The notes under the pieces were generated by a model, which was given only the letters and a program-made list of their open reading frames with translations, was not told the DNA's origin and made no database searches. DNA of 61,912 bases from positions 1 to 61,912 of the forward strand of contig JBBSPX010000001.1 of NCBI GenBank assembly GCA_038258395.1, written 5' to 3'. Positions 54,449 to 61,912 of the stretch are shown here, in pieces. A program made the translations under genes and the position numbers. Origin of the DNA: Gemmatimonadales bacterium (lineage in GTDB: Bacteria > Gemmatimonadota > Gemmatimonadetes > Gemmatimonadales > GWC2-71-9). Numbering within the stretch: the stretch's first letter is position 1; every line of letters begins with the position of its first letter.

Positions 54449-55024
54449 ATGGACCCCGTCTCGCCATTTGACTGGCACCGCATGTTCCTGGGGAACGAGC
54501 CGCCGATGTTCTTCCTCGAGATCATCTTTCGCGTCGCCGCGATTTACACCTTCACGGTGCTGGCGGTTCGGTTGATGGGGAAGCGAGGCAACAAGAGCTT
54601 GTCGCCCTTTGAGAGTGTCGTGATCATCGCGCTCGGCTCAGCGGCGGGGGACACCATGTTTTATCCGCAGGTCCCCCTGCTCTATGCGTTCGTGGTGATC
54701 GGGGGCGTGATTGCGCTGAATCGCATGTTCGCGTTGGCGCAGACGAACGCCAAGTCGGTGAACGCGTTCCTCGAAGGGAAGCCGTTGATCGTGATCAGGG
54801 AGGGCAAGTTGATTCCGAAGGCGCTCCGGCTGGCGCGGATGCGCCCAGACGAAGTCAAGGGCCTGTTGCGTGAACAGGGCATCGAGGACACCGGCGTCGT
54901 ACGCTTTGCATTCCTGGAGCGCTCAGGAGGCCTCGGCGTGTTCCGTTTTTCGGAGGCCGATGCACGATCTGAGGAGAGCACGTATCCCGTCGACGTCCAG
55001 AACGCCCATGACGGATCGGCATGA
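54449..55024 (+). CDS. DUF421 (YetF-like) membrane protein
   Basis: Trimmed to ATG 54449 (SD 'gagggagga'). 'RLMGKRGNKSLSPFESVVIIALGSAAG' and 'LIVIREGKLIPKALRLARMRPDEVKGLLREQGI' are the DUF421 hallmarks. Confidence 0.8.
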   Translation: MDPVSPFDWHRMFLGNEPPMFFLEIIFRVAAIYTFTVLAVRLMGKRGNKSLSPFESVVIIALGSAAGDTMFYPQVPLLYAFVVIGGVIALNRMFALAQTNAKSVNAFLEGKPLIVIREGKLIPKALRLARMRPDEVKGLLREQGIEDTGVVRFAFLERSGGLGVFRFSEADARSEESTYPVDVQNAHDGSA

Positions 55025-55083
55025 CCACAGGGTTCGGTACCGCACTGACATGCTGGCCGTGCTCGAGGAGTCCTCAACACGAC

Positions 55084-55113
55084 AGAGCGGGCTGACAACT
55101 GTCAGCCCGCTCT
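55084..55113. terminator. Bidirectional terminator hairpin between convergent genes
   Basis: 'agagcgggctgaca ac tgtcagcccgctct' forms a perfect 14-bp stem. Confidence 0.7.
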
Positions 55114-55147
55114 ATATCGCCCAGCCACCATCGACGAAGTCGGCTTT

Positions 55148-55648
55148 TCAGCCGTTCATCGCCTCCTGGTTGATCTTGCGTTCGGCGATCCCGGTCAACT
55201 TCTTGTCGGCAGCGCCCTCCTCATCCAAGGTGGTTTGCAGCAAGTCGGCGATCGCATTCATGCCCAACTGCCGCGCAAACGTTCGGGCGCAACCATAGCC
55301 TGCCATTTCGTAGTGCTCGACACGCTGCGCGGCGCAGATGAGTCCGGCATCCTTCACATCGTCCGGCGCGTCCTCGTGGACCATCTCCGCACCTTCCTTG
55401 ATGAGCCCTTCCATCCCATTGCAATGCTGGCCGCCGGGCTCGTAGTCCAGCCCTTCGAAGATGGTCTCGAGGCGGCTGACGTGTTCGCGCGTCTCTTCGA
55501 GGTGGGCGCGAAAGGCGTTCGCGAGCTCCGCATGCTTGGCCGCCTTGGCCATCTTCGGCAATGCGTTCAGCAGTTGCGTCTCGGCGCTATACAGGTCCTT
55601 CAGCTCGTGGACCAACAACGTGTGCAAGTCAGCAATCTTCATCGACAT
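55148..55648 (-). CDS. DUF892 / YciF-like ferritin-like stress protein, canonical copy C1
   Basis: 'LKDLYSAETQLL', 'HLEETREHVSRLE', 'CNGMEGLIKEG', 'AQRVEHYEMAGYG' and 'TLDEEGAADKKLT'. Confidence 0.9.
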   Translation of the reverse strand: MSMKIADLHTLLVHELKDLYSAETQLLNALPKMAKAAKHAELANAFRAHLEETREHVSRLETIFEGLDYEPGGQHCNGMEGLIKEGAEMVHEDAPDDVKDAGLICAAQRVEHYEMAGYGCARTFARQLGMNAIADLLQTTLDEEGAADKKLTGIAERKINQEAMNG

Positions 55649-55698
55649 GGGTGCTCCATTAATGGGAAGGGAAAGAATCGCTCAATGACCACAGTTGG

Positions 55699-55872
55699 TC
55701 AGAGTACCTTCTTGCCGGCCACGACACCCATCACGAGCATGATCACGAAGATGACGATGAAGATCGTGAAGAGAATCTTGGCGATGCCGGCCGACGCGGC
55801 GGCCACGCCGCCGAAGCCGAAGACGCCGGCCACGATGGCGAGAATGAGGAACAGGAAAGCCCAGCGCAGCAT
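55699..55872 (-). CDS. DUF1328 (YtjA-like) small membrane protein
   Basis: Track ORF trimmed to ATG 55872 (SD 'ggagg' 5 nt upstream). The protein reads '[35 protein letters not shown]...'. Confidence 0.85.
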   Translation of the reverse strand: MLRWAFLFLILAIVAGVFGFGGVAAASAGIAKILFTIFIVIFVIMLVMGVVAGKKVL

Positions 55873-56045
55873 ACCGACCTCCGGAAGAGTGAGTGAGGGG
55901 AAGCGCAACTCGGCCCCCTGCAGCCTTCGACGCACAGCCGCCGCCAGGATGCACAGGTCGACCTCACAGGGGCGCCGATGTGCGACTCGCCCGCCCGCGT
56001 TCGTCGCCACGGTCCCCGACTCAATGCAACCAGGAGCATGTGTTC

Positions 56046-56615
56046 ATGACGTCCGATGCCAAGCAGGCCATCCACAGCTACGTGACCGATATGCTCGCCC
56101 TCGAGGAACACATCTCGCAGGCGTTCGAGGGCCAGATCGAGGCCCTGGAAAATCAACCGGACGCCGTATTGGCGCTCCGTGCCATGCATGGCACAATCGA
56201 GCAGCACATCTCGACGCTGCGGGGTCTCGAGGACTCTCGGCAAGCGGGACCGGCGCAGGAAGTTGGCGAGGCGCTCAAGCGGGTCGGCTCGATCGTGGCG
56301 GGGCTCGGAGCCGCCGTGATCGACATCCTTCGGCCGGGCAAGCTCGCCAAGAACCTGCGGGACGATGCCACCGCCTGCTCACTCGCCGCCACAGGTTATC
56401 TGATGCTACATACCACAGCCATCGCCCTCAATGATGCCGGCACGGCGGCGGTGGCCGAACGGCACCTCGAGGACCACGCGGGAATGATCCAGCGGCTCCA
56501 TCATCTCATTCCGGCGGCCGTGTTGCAGGTCTTGACCGATGATGGCTTGACGGTCATGGAGGGCGCCGCTCCGACGTCGCTCGAGGCCTATCGTAAGGCC
56601 TGGGCGAACGCCTAG
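56046..56615 (+). CDS. YciE-like ferritin-like protein, copy C2
   Basis: Trimmed to ATG 56046 (SD 'caggag'). 'YVTDMLALEEHISQAFEG', 'IEQHISTLRGLE', 'ACSLAATGYLMLHTTA' and 'HLEDHAGMIQRLHHLIP' follow the YciE helix pattern as I remember it. Confidence 0.7.
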   Translation: MTSDAKQAIHSYVTDMLALEEHISQAFEGQIEALENQPDAVLALRAMHGTIEQHISTLRGLEDSRQAGPAQEVGEALKRVGSIVAGLGAAVIDILRPGKLAKNLRDDATACSLAATGYLMLHTTAIALNDAGTAAVAERHLEDHAGMIQRLHHLIPAAVLQVLTDDGLTVMEGAAPTSLEAYRKAWANA

Positions 56616-56654
56616 AGAATCCCAACGCGTGAGCCGTGAAAGCCCGCGGCGCAC

Positions 56655-58037
56655 TCACACGCTGCGCGGCGGCCCCTCCAGCAGGTCTTCTTCGTCGCTC
56701 GTCTGCCGCTCGGCCTCGATTTGCTGATCTACCGCATCATCAACCGATACGTCCGCGTGGGTAACCATCCTCGCGGGCGTGGTCGATTTCTGCTCCGGTG
56801 ACTCGGGCGCCGGATCCGCAACCATCCGCACCAGATACTCGGGCGAGGGCAGCGTCAGGCCGGCGGCTTCGAGCTGGTGCTTGACGACCCGGATCGCCTC
56901 ACTGCGCACCCGGTCGAACTCCGCGTCGCGGCGATCCATCCACGCCAACACCCGGATCGTCACACTCGAGTCGCCGACGCCCATCACCAGGGCCTGCGGC
57001 GCCGGTTCGTTGCATACACCCGGCATCGCCAGCAAGGCGGCGATCACCACTTCCTGAGCGTGCGCCAAGTCATCGGCGGCCCCCAGCCCCAGATCGAATT
57101 CGAAGCGACGCAATGGATTGCGGCTGAAGTTGATCAGCGGGCTGCGAAAGATCAGGGCGTTCGGCAACCGGATGTGGTTCCCGTCAAGACTCATCAGGAT
57201 GGTCTCGCGCGCCGTGAGTCGGAGCACCTTTCCCTCGAACTGGTCGACGCGAATCTGGTCGTTCTTCGCGAACGGTTGCCGAATCGCGAGGATCGTCCCG
57301 GCCAGGTAGTTCTCGACGATGTCCTTGAACGCGAAGCCAATCGCCAGACCGGCGAGACCCGCCGTGCCGACGATCGCGCCAACGATGGCGGTCGCGTCCA
57401 GCAGGTCGAGGGCGACAATGATGCCGAGCACCACGACCACGCCTTGGATGAACCGGCGAATCAGCCCCTGCAAGAAGGGATTCCTGGTGCGCAGGAACGA
57501 CGGCCCACTCCAGCGAGCGAGCATCGAGCCGAGCCATCCGGCAATCCCGATGATCAACAGCGCCACCAGCAACAGCGGCAGCTTCGCGATCGCCCCGTAG
57601 CCCATCGCTCGGAGGCGAGCCCATGTCGGGGCGAGTTGCTCCTCGAGCGACGTCGATTCCGCGATCCGGTTGTCGACGAACACCACGCCACTCATGTCGG
57701 CCGCGAGTGCGCCCGCCTCTGTCCGGGTCACTTTGTCCAGCACCGAGCCGGTCAGCCGCACGACGCCGGCATCCACCGTCACCGTGACGCCCGTCAGCCC
57801 CGGCACCCGATCGAACACCGCCTGCAGTGCCCCCCGAATCGCCTGGTCCTGCTCGGCACGCGAGGTGGTGACAGGTTCTGGCTCCGCTGGGGCGGCCGGA
57901 AGCTGACCGGCACTGTCCTTGACAGAGAGCGACTCGGCCACGCCGACGGAGGTCGTCTGGGCCCAGCCCGCGGCCGGAACGCCCAGCAGCAAGGCGAACC
58001 CGATGATGTTGGCGAAGAGCAGGTGGCGTGGTCGCAT
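56655..58037 (-). CDS. MscS-family mechanosensitive channel with N-terminal BON domain
   Basis: Signal peptide, then BON-like 'IRGALQAVFDRVPGLTGVTVTVDAGVVRLTGSV'. Three TM helices follow, then the MscS beta-domain 'IRVDQFEGKVLRLTARETILMSLDGNHIRLPNALIF'. Confidence 0.85.
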   Translation of the reverse strand: MRPRHLLFANIIGFALLLGVPAAGWAQTTSVGVAESLSVKDSAGQLPAAPAEPEPVTTSRAEQDQAIRGALQAVFDRVPGLTGVTVTVDAGVVRLTGSVLDKVTRTEAGALAADMSGVVFVDNRIAESTSLEEQLAPTWARLRAMGYGAIAKLPLLLVALLIIGIAGWLGSMLARWSGPSFLRTRNPFLQGLIRRFIQGVVVVLGIIVALDLLDATAIVGAIVGTAGLAGLAIGFAFKDIVENYLAGTILAIRQPFAKNDQIRVDQFEGKVLRLTARETILMSLDGNHIRLPNALIFRSPLINFSRNPLRRFEFDLGLGAADDLAHAQEVVIAALLAMPGVCNEPAPQALVMGVGDSSVTIRVLAWMDRRDAEFDRVRSEAIRVVKHQLEAAGLTLPSPEYLVRMVADPAPESPEQKSTTPARMVTHADVSVDDAVDQQIEAERQTSDEEDLLEGPPRSV

Positions 58038-58199
58038 CCTTCAAGTATGGGGCGACGGCAAGGTGATCGCCACTGTTACGCGATGATCCCACTTCACGCG
58101 AACTGGCGCGTCATGGAGGAGAGCGAGAACCATCCTCCAGCCCGGGCCCAGTGCCATGCACGACGTCATCACCTCGATGTTGCACAGGAAGGCGGGCGG

Positions 58200-58223
58200 G
58201 GAATCGAGCACCGGTTCCGCGTA
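58200..58223 (+). promoter_or_regulatory. Possible ECF-type promoter (GGAAT-N15-CGTA)
   Basis: 'GGAATcgagcaccggttccgCGTA' ends 27 nt upstream of the ECF sigma ATG. The spacer is 1 nt shorter than the common AAC-N16-CGT pattern. Speculative. Confidence 0.25.
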
Positions 58224-58249
58224 TTGGCTTCGCGCTGTAGCTTGGGAGG

Positions 58250-58822
58250 ATGGACGAACCCTCCGCAGGCGGGATCACCCAACTGCTCGACGAGGTGCGC
58301 CAAGGGGTCCCTGGGGCCGCCGACGCCCTCGCCTCACGCGTCTACGACGAGCTCCATCGGATCGCGGTCAACGCGATGCGTCGCGAGAGCGACGGGCACA
58401 CCCTGCAGCCGACCGAACTGGTCGACGAGGCCTTCATGCGCCTGGTCGGCAATCGCGACGTCACCTGGCACAATCGGTCGCAGTTCTACGCCCTTGCTGC
58501 CCAGTCCATTCGACGCATCCTGATCGATCACGCCCGGCGACGACGCCGAGTCAAGCGTGACTACGGCATACGCGTCACGCTCGACGATTCGATCGGCAAG
58601 GGGGCATCGGACTCCCTCGACCTCATTGCCCTCGATGAGGCACTCCGCCAATTGCACGACCTTTCCCCTCGTCAGGGCAAGGTCGTTGAACTCCGGTTCT
58701 TCGGCGGGCTCGGCGTCGACGAGACCGCCGAGGTGCTTGAGATCTCACCGGCAACAGTCAAGCGTGATTGGACCTTCGCCCGCGCCTTCCTCCTGCAGCA
58801 GCTCGATCCTCCCACTGCCTGA
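58250..58822 (+). CDS. ECF sigma factor of the kinase-associated 'ITQLL' type
   Basis: 'GITQLLDEVRQG...LASRVYDELHRIA', 'TLQPTELVDEAFMRL', 'NRSQFYALAAQSIRRILIDHARRR' and a region-4 HTH 'EVLEISPATVKRDWTFARAFL'. Confidence 0.9.
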   Translation: MDEPSAGGITQLLDEVRQGVPGAADALASRVYDELHRIAVNAMRRESDGHTLQPTELVDEAFMRLVGNRDVTWHNRSQFYALAAQSIRRILIDHARRRRRVKRDYGIRVTLDDSIGKGASDSLDLIALDEALRQLHDLSPRQGKVVELRFFGGLGVDETAEVLEISPATVKRDWTFARAFLLQQLDPPTA

Positions 58823-58837
58823 AGCGGGGCGACCCCG

Positions 58838-61381
58838 ATGACTGAGATTCGGCTCACGGCCGACCGCCTCGAGCAGTTGCAGGGATGCTTCGAGCAGGCG
58901 CTCGACCTCGATGCCGGGCCACGTGAGGAGTACCTCACCACCGTCGCCAACATGGACGCCGATCTCGCGCACCGCGTGCGCGGTCTGTTGGTGGCGCACC
59001 ACCGCACCGGTCGCAATCTCGACAGCCCCATCTCTCACGACACCCTCGTCTACCACGATCCCAGCACCGACCGCATGCTCGGGGTGAGAGTTGGCGCGTA
59101 CGAGGTGGTGCGGCGGATCGGCAGCGGCGGCATGGGCACCGTCTACGAGGCCACCCGCGCCGACGATCAGTACAACAAGCGCGTCGCGATCAAGTTCCTG
59201 CGTCATCAGGCCGCGGGCGAGGAGACACTCCGGCGATTCCGGTATGAACGCCAGATCCTCGCCTCACTCGATCATGCCAACGTCGCGGCGCTCCTCGATG
59301 GCGGAATGACCGCCGACAATCAACCGTATTTCGTGATGGAGTACATCGAGGGCGAGCCGATCACCCGATGGTGCGATGCCCGCGCGCTCGGGATCACTGA
59401 GCGGCTCGACCTCTTTCAGCAAATCTGTGCCGCGGTGCAGTACGCGCACCAGAGCCTCGTGGTGCACCGCGACCTCAAGCCGGGCAACATCCTGGTCACC
59501 GACGCCGGGGCGGTCAAGTTGCTCGACTTCGGGATCGCCAAGCTGCTGCGGAGTGAGGGCAACACCGACGATGGCAGCGTGGCGCTACCCGCCACCAAGG
59601 TCGGTGCCCGCGCCTACACGCCCGAGTACGCCTCGCCCGAACAGATTCTGGGACTCCCGGTCGGCACGCGCTCCGATGTGTACGCGCTCGGTGTCGTGCT
59701 CTACGAGTTGCTGACCGGTCTGGTGCCATTCGACCTCGAAGGGAAGTCGGCCGCCGACATCGAGCGCGTCGTGGCAGAGGTCGCACCCATGCGGCCGAGC
59801 AGCGCCTTGCCGGCAACTCGCGCCGCGCAACTGTCCGAACGAACGCCGGCGGCAGCGCGCGCAAGGCTGGGTGGCGACCTCGACGCGATCGTGTTGATGG
59901 CACTCCGGAAGGAACCGGAACGGCGCTACGGGTCGGCCGAAGAATTCGCGGCGGACGTGCGACGCCACTTGCAACGTCGTCCGGTCTTGGCACGCCCGGA
60001 AGGGATGGGCTACCGGCTCGGCCGGTTGGTTCGCCGGCATCGGCTCGAGACCGCCGCGATCGCGATCGCGATGCTCTCGTTGGTGGGTGGCATGTGGGCC
60101 ACATCCCGAAAGGCGACCGAGGCCGCCAGGCAGCGCGAGCGCGCCACCGAGGTCAAGAGTTTCCTGGCCACGATGCTCAACGCCGCCAACCCCTCGTCCT
60201 TCGGCCGCGATGTCCAGGTGCGCGTGGTGCTCGACTCGGCGGCGCTTCGGGTGGATAGCCTGCACGATCAACCCGGGCTGGAAGCCGAGATTCGTGAGAT
60301 CATCGGCGGCACCTATCTGGCCCTTGGGGAGTTCGAGCCGGCGGAACGTCAGTTCCGGCGTGGACTGGCCGCCAACATCGCGGCGGCCCCTGACGGCGAT
60401 CGCGCCACCGCGGCGGCGCTCGGGCGCTTGAGCTCGGCGATGGAGTACCAGGGCCGGTACGTCGAAGCCGATTCGGTGCTGCAGGAGTCAATGGCGCTCT
60501 ACCAACGCTTCGCACCCGACGACGAGCAAATGCGTGCCACGCTCCTCGATGCCCGGGGCAATTTGATGGTGCGGTTGGGCCGCATGTCGGAGGCCGAACC
60601 GCTCCTCAAGGAAGCGCTGGCGATCGAGCTCCGGACGACGCCTGTCAACGATTCGGTGCGGGCGTTCTACTATGCCAATCTTGGCGTGGTCACCAGTGAA
60701 CTCGGTCGACACCTCGAAGCCGAGTCACTCCTCATCCTCGGGGTGGCGGCGGCGAAGCGGGCCCACGGAGATGTGCATCCGTTGGTCGCATCGATCCTCT
60801 CTCCGCTGGCCACTGTGCAGGAATTTGCGGGGCGTAACGAGCAAGCGGAATCGACGTACATCGAGACATTGCAGATGCGGCGGAAGTTGCTCGGACCGGA
60901 GCACCCCGAGTACGCGTGGACGATGTTCAACTACGCCGACCACTTGTTGCGGGTGGAGCGGTATCCGGAGGCAGCCGAGTGGGCGCGCAAGGTGCTGGCG
61001 CTCCGCGGCAAGACCTTGACCGACGACCATCCCGCGGTGGCGACCGCGATGGGATTGCTCGGCCGCGCACTCGACCGCATGGACTCGCTTGAGGCGGGCG
61101 AGCGGTGGTTGCGGGAAAGCTGGCGAATTCGGCAGGAGACGTTCCCCGAAGGACACTATCTCATCGCTTCAAGCGAGAGCATACTCGGCGAACACTTTGT
61201 CCTGACCGGTGACTATGCCAAGGCGGAGAAGCATCTGCTCGCGGGAGAACGTGACTTGTTGGCGTCACGCAGCGAGGACGCACCGATCATGCAGGATTCG
61301 CGGCACCGCATCGTGAAGCTCTACGAGGCGTGGGGCAAGCCCGACGAAGCCGCGCTGTGGCGCGCGAAGTTGCATGAGTGA
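58838..61381 (+). CDS. Ser/Thr protein kinase with TM helix and C-terminal TPR array
   Basis: 'IGSGGMGTVYEA', 'VAIK', 'HRDLKPGNILV', 'DFGIAK' and 'YASPEQ'. It has a TM segment 'AAIAIAMLSLVGGMW' and then ~400 aa of TPR-like repeats. Confidence 0.9.
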   Translation: MTEIRLTADRLEQLQGCFEQALDLDAGPREEYLTTVANMDADLAHRVRGLLVAHHRTGRNLDSPISHDTLVYHDPSTDRMLGVRVGAYEVVRRIGSGGMGTVYEATRADDQYNKRVAIKFLRHQAAGEETLRRFRYERQILASLDHANVAALLDGGMTADNQPYFVMEYIEGEPITRWCDARALGITERLDLFQQICAAVQYAHQSLVVHRDLKPGNILVTDAGAVKLLDFGIAKLLRSEGNTDDGSVALPATKVGARAYTPEYASPEQILGLPVGTRSDVYALGVVLYELLTGLVPFDLEGKSAADIERVVAEVAPMRPSSALPATRAAQLSERTPAAARARLGGDLDAIVLMALRKEPERRYGSAEEFAADVRRHLQRRPVLARPEGMGYRLGRLVRRHRLETAAIAIAMLSLVGGMWATSRKATEAARQRERATEVKSFLATMLNAANPSSFGRDVQVRVVLDSAALRVDSLHDQPGLEAEIREIIGGTYLALGEFEPAERQFRRGLAANIAAAPDGDRATAAALGRLSSAMEYQGRYVEADSVLQESMALYQRFAPDDEQMRATLLDARGNLMVRLGRMSEAEPLLKEALAIELRTTPVNDSVRAFYYANLGVVTSELGRHLEAESLLILGVAAAKRAHGDVHPLVASILSPLATVQEFAGRNEQAESTYIETLQMRRKLLGPEHPEYAWTMFNYADHLLRVERYPEAAEWARKVLALRGKTLTDDHPAVATAMGLLGRALDRMDSLEAGERWLRESWRIRQETFPEGHYLIASSESILGEHFVLTGDYAKAEKHLLAGERDLLASRSEDAPIMQDSRHRIVKLYEAWGKPDEAALWRAKLHE

Positions 61382-61396
61382 GGCTCCACGAAGCGC

Positions 61397-61527
61397 GCCC
61401 ACAGGCTGAAGCCTGGGCTCGGCACTGACAGAGGCTGAAGCCTCATTGGGATCGTTGGATTCATTGGGAGCAGAGGCGGGTTTACCCGCCCTCAGTGCCG
61501 AGAAGCGGCTATCAGCCGCTGGCCAAG
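61397..61527. repeat. 131-nt multi-hairpin repeat element, copy 1
   Basis: It contains hairpins 'aggct ga agcct' (x2), 'ggcggg ttta cccgcc' and 'gcggct atc agccgc'. There is a long-range 11-bp pairing 'ctcggcactga'(61419-29)/'tcagtgccgag'(61492-502) and an internal direct repeat 'cattggga'. Confidence 0.9.
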
Positions 61528-61573
61528 GTCCTCGTGTGACACCACATCGCCCTTCCCCACAGTCATGATGCGA

Positions 61574-61677
61574 TGTCACGCTGAGCGAAGCGAAGCGGCG
61601 GCAACCGGACGTGCGCTGATCTTGGCCAGATACAGCGGAATATCATGCACCGCCGCTTCGCTTCGCTCAGCGTGACA
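61574..61677. repeat. Perfect 28-bp inverted repeat with 48-nt spacer
   Basis: 'tgtcacgctgagcgaagcgaagcggcgg' (61574-61601) is the exact reverse complement of 61650-61677. Confidence 0.95.
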
Positions 61678-61698
61678 GTGCTCGGGTTTTACGATTGA

Positions 61699-61858
61699 GC
61701 CCACAGGCTAAAGCCTGGGCTCGGCACTGACAGAGGCTGAAGCCTCATTGGGATCGTTGGATTCATTGGGAGCAGAGGCGGGTTTACCCGCCCTCAGTGC
61801 CGAGAAAGCCTGCCCCGCCCCAGAAGGGCGGCGGGGCGGCTATCAGCCGCTGGCCAAG
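61699..61858. repeat. Multi-hairpin repeat element, copy 2 (131 nt + 29-nt GC-hairpin insertion)
   Basis: Offset 302 nt from copy 1. There is a single substitution (61408 g / 61710 a), and it falls in a hairpin loop. The 29-nt insertion at 61807-61835, 'agcctgccccgccccagaagggcggcggg', is itself an imperfect hairpin. Confidence 0.9.
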
Positions 61859-61912
61859 CGACTGTCCTTACCCTTACTGCTCCCGTTGGAGTGCGCGCTG
61901 TTGGGTACATGC

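Noticed and set aside
55905-55946. Sigma-54-like motifs upstream of the second DUF1328/DUF892 pair (minus strand 'TGGCGGcggctGTGC' and 'GGGGGCcgagTTGC'), and 'GGCACcgcggcAGC' at 37193-37206
   Set aside because: The GG-N10-GC spacing is right, but the -24 or -12 cores deviate from TGGCAC/TTGC at conserved positions. In ~2/3-GC DNA such partial matches are expected by chance. I keep them only as candidates for a PWM scan.
56877-58523. 548-aa plus ORF antisense to the MscS-BON gene and running into the ECF sigma upstream region
   Set aside because: It is an Arg/His/Gln/Pro-rich antisense artefact. The minus-strand MscS and the plus-strand sigma gene (a different frame) explain the region.
61397-61858. 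Considered whether the right-end repeats are a CRISPR array
   Set aside because: There are only two long (131-nt) copies at a 302-nt offset, with complex internal hairpins and a different inverted repeat between them. There are no short uniform repeats or spacers, and no cas genes.
1-61912. Searched by eye for mobile-element or defence hallmarks (transposase DDE/HTH, integrase, phage structural genes, restriction/helicase/nuclease clusters, toxin-antitoxin pairs)
   Set aside because: None recognised. The tRNA-Phe is not followed by an integrase, and rmuC stands alone without defence-type neighbours.

Overview
GC-rich bacterial chromosomal DNA. Third codon positions are almost always G/C, so long spurious antisense ORFs are everywhere. 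I call 55 protein-coding genes, one tRNA-Phe(GAA), several hairpin terminators, one good sigma-54 promoter and a set of unusual short tandem repeats. I saw no rRNA, CRISPR array, transposase, integrase or phage genes, so this looks like core chromosome rather than a mobile island. My lineage guess is Gemmatimonadota/Acidobacteriota-like. That is inference only, from the ECF-sigma + Ser/Thr-kinase-TPR pair and the fused caa3-type oxidase. Layout, left to right: a partial GH95-like hydrolase that is absent from the ORF track, a lipoprotein, an ankyrin protein, YjbR, a CPBP protease, rmuC and a PLP decarboxylase. Then a DUF892-HK-RR cluster and tRNA-Phe. Next comes an unbroken run of 20 minus-strand genes (13.8-37.1 kb): sugE, DinB, a ClpP paralogue, pgi-HAD-pgm, a fully fused Rieske / cyt b-c / caa3 oxidase operon, a NiCoT-like transporter, GH144-like, GH39, an FAD/Fe-S dehydrogenase, an enolase-superfamily enzyme, a TPP enzyme, a sensory-rhodopsin-transducer (ASRT) homologue, an SDR and DoxX. 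After that: a hybrid HK, a second HK and a sigma-54 activator beside a triplicated DUF892/DUF1328 operon; a 1020-aa kinase-M23-aminotransferase fusion; HD-GYP; a PAP2/flippase-like pair; a second DUF892/DUF1328/YciE cluster; an MscS-BON channel; ECF sigma + Ser/Thr kinase; and a highly structured repeat region at the right end. Best leads: (1) a sigma-54/bEBP-wired module driving three diverged ferritin-like DUF892 paralogues plus DUF1328; (2) a family of strand-asymmetric 7-8 nt tandem repeats (CTTCTCG-type arrays bracketing rmuC, and AAGGATG x7 covering a stop codon); (3) a duplicated ~131-nt multi-hairpin element flanking a perfect 28-bp inverted repeat at 61.4-61.9 kb; (4) an ASRT homologue inside a sugar/organic-acid oxidation operon with no rhodopsin nearby; (5) a ClpP paralogue whose catalytic Asp aligns with Asn. 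All family calls come from motif recognition by eye. No database search was run.
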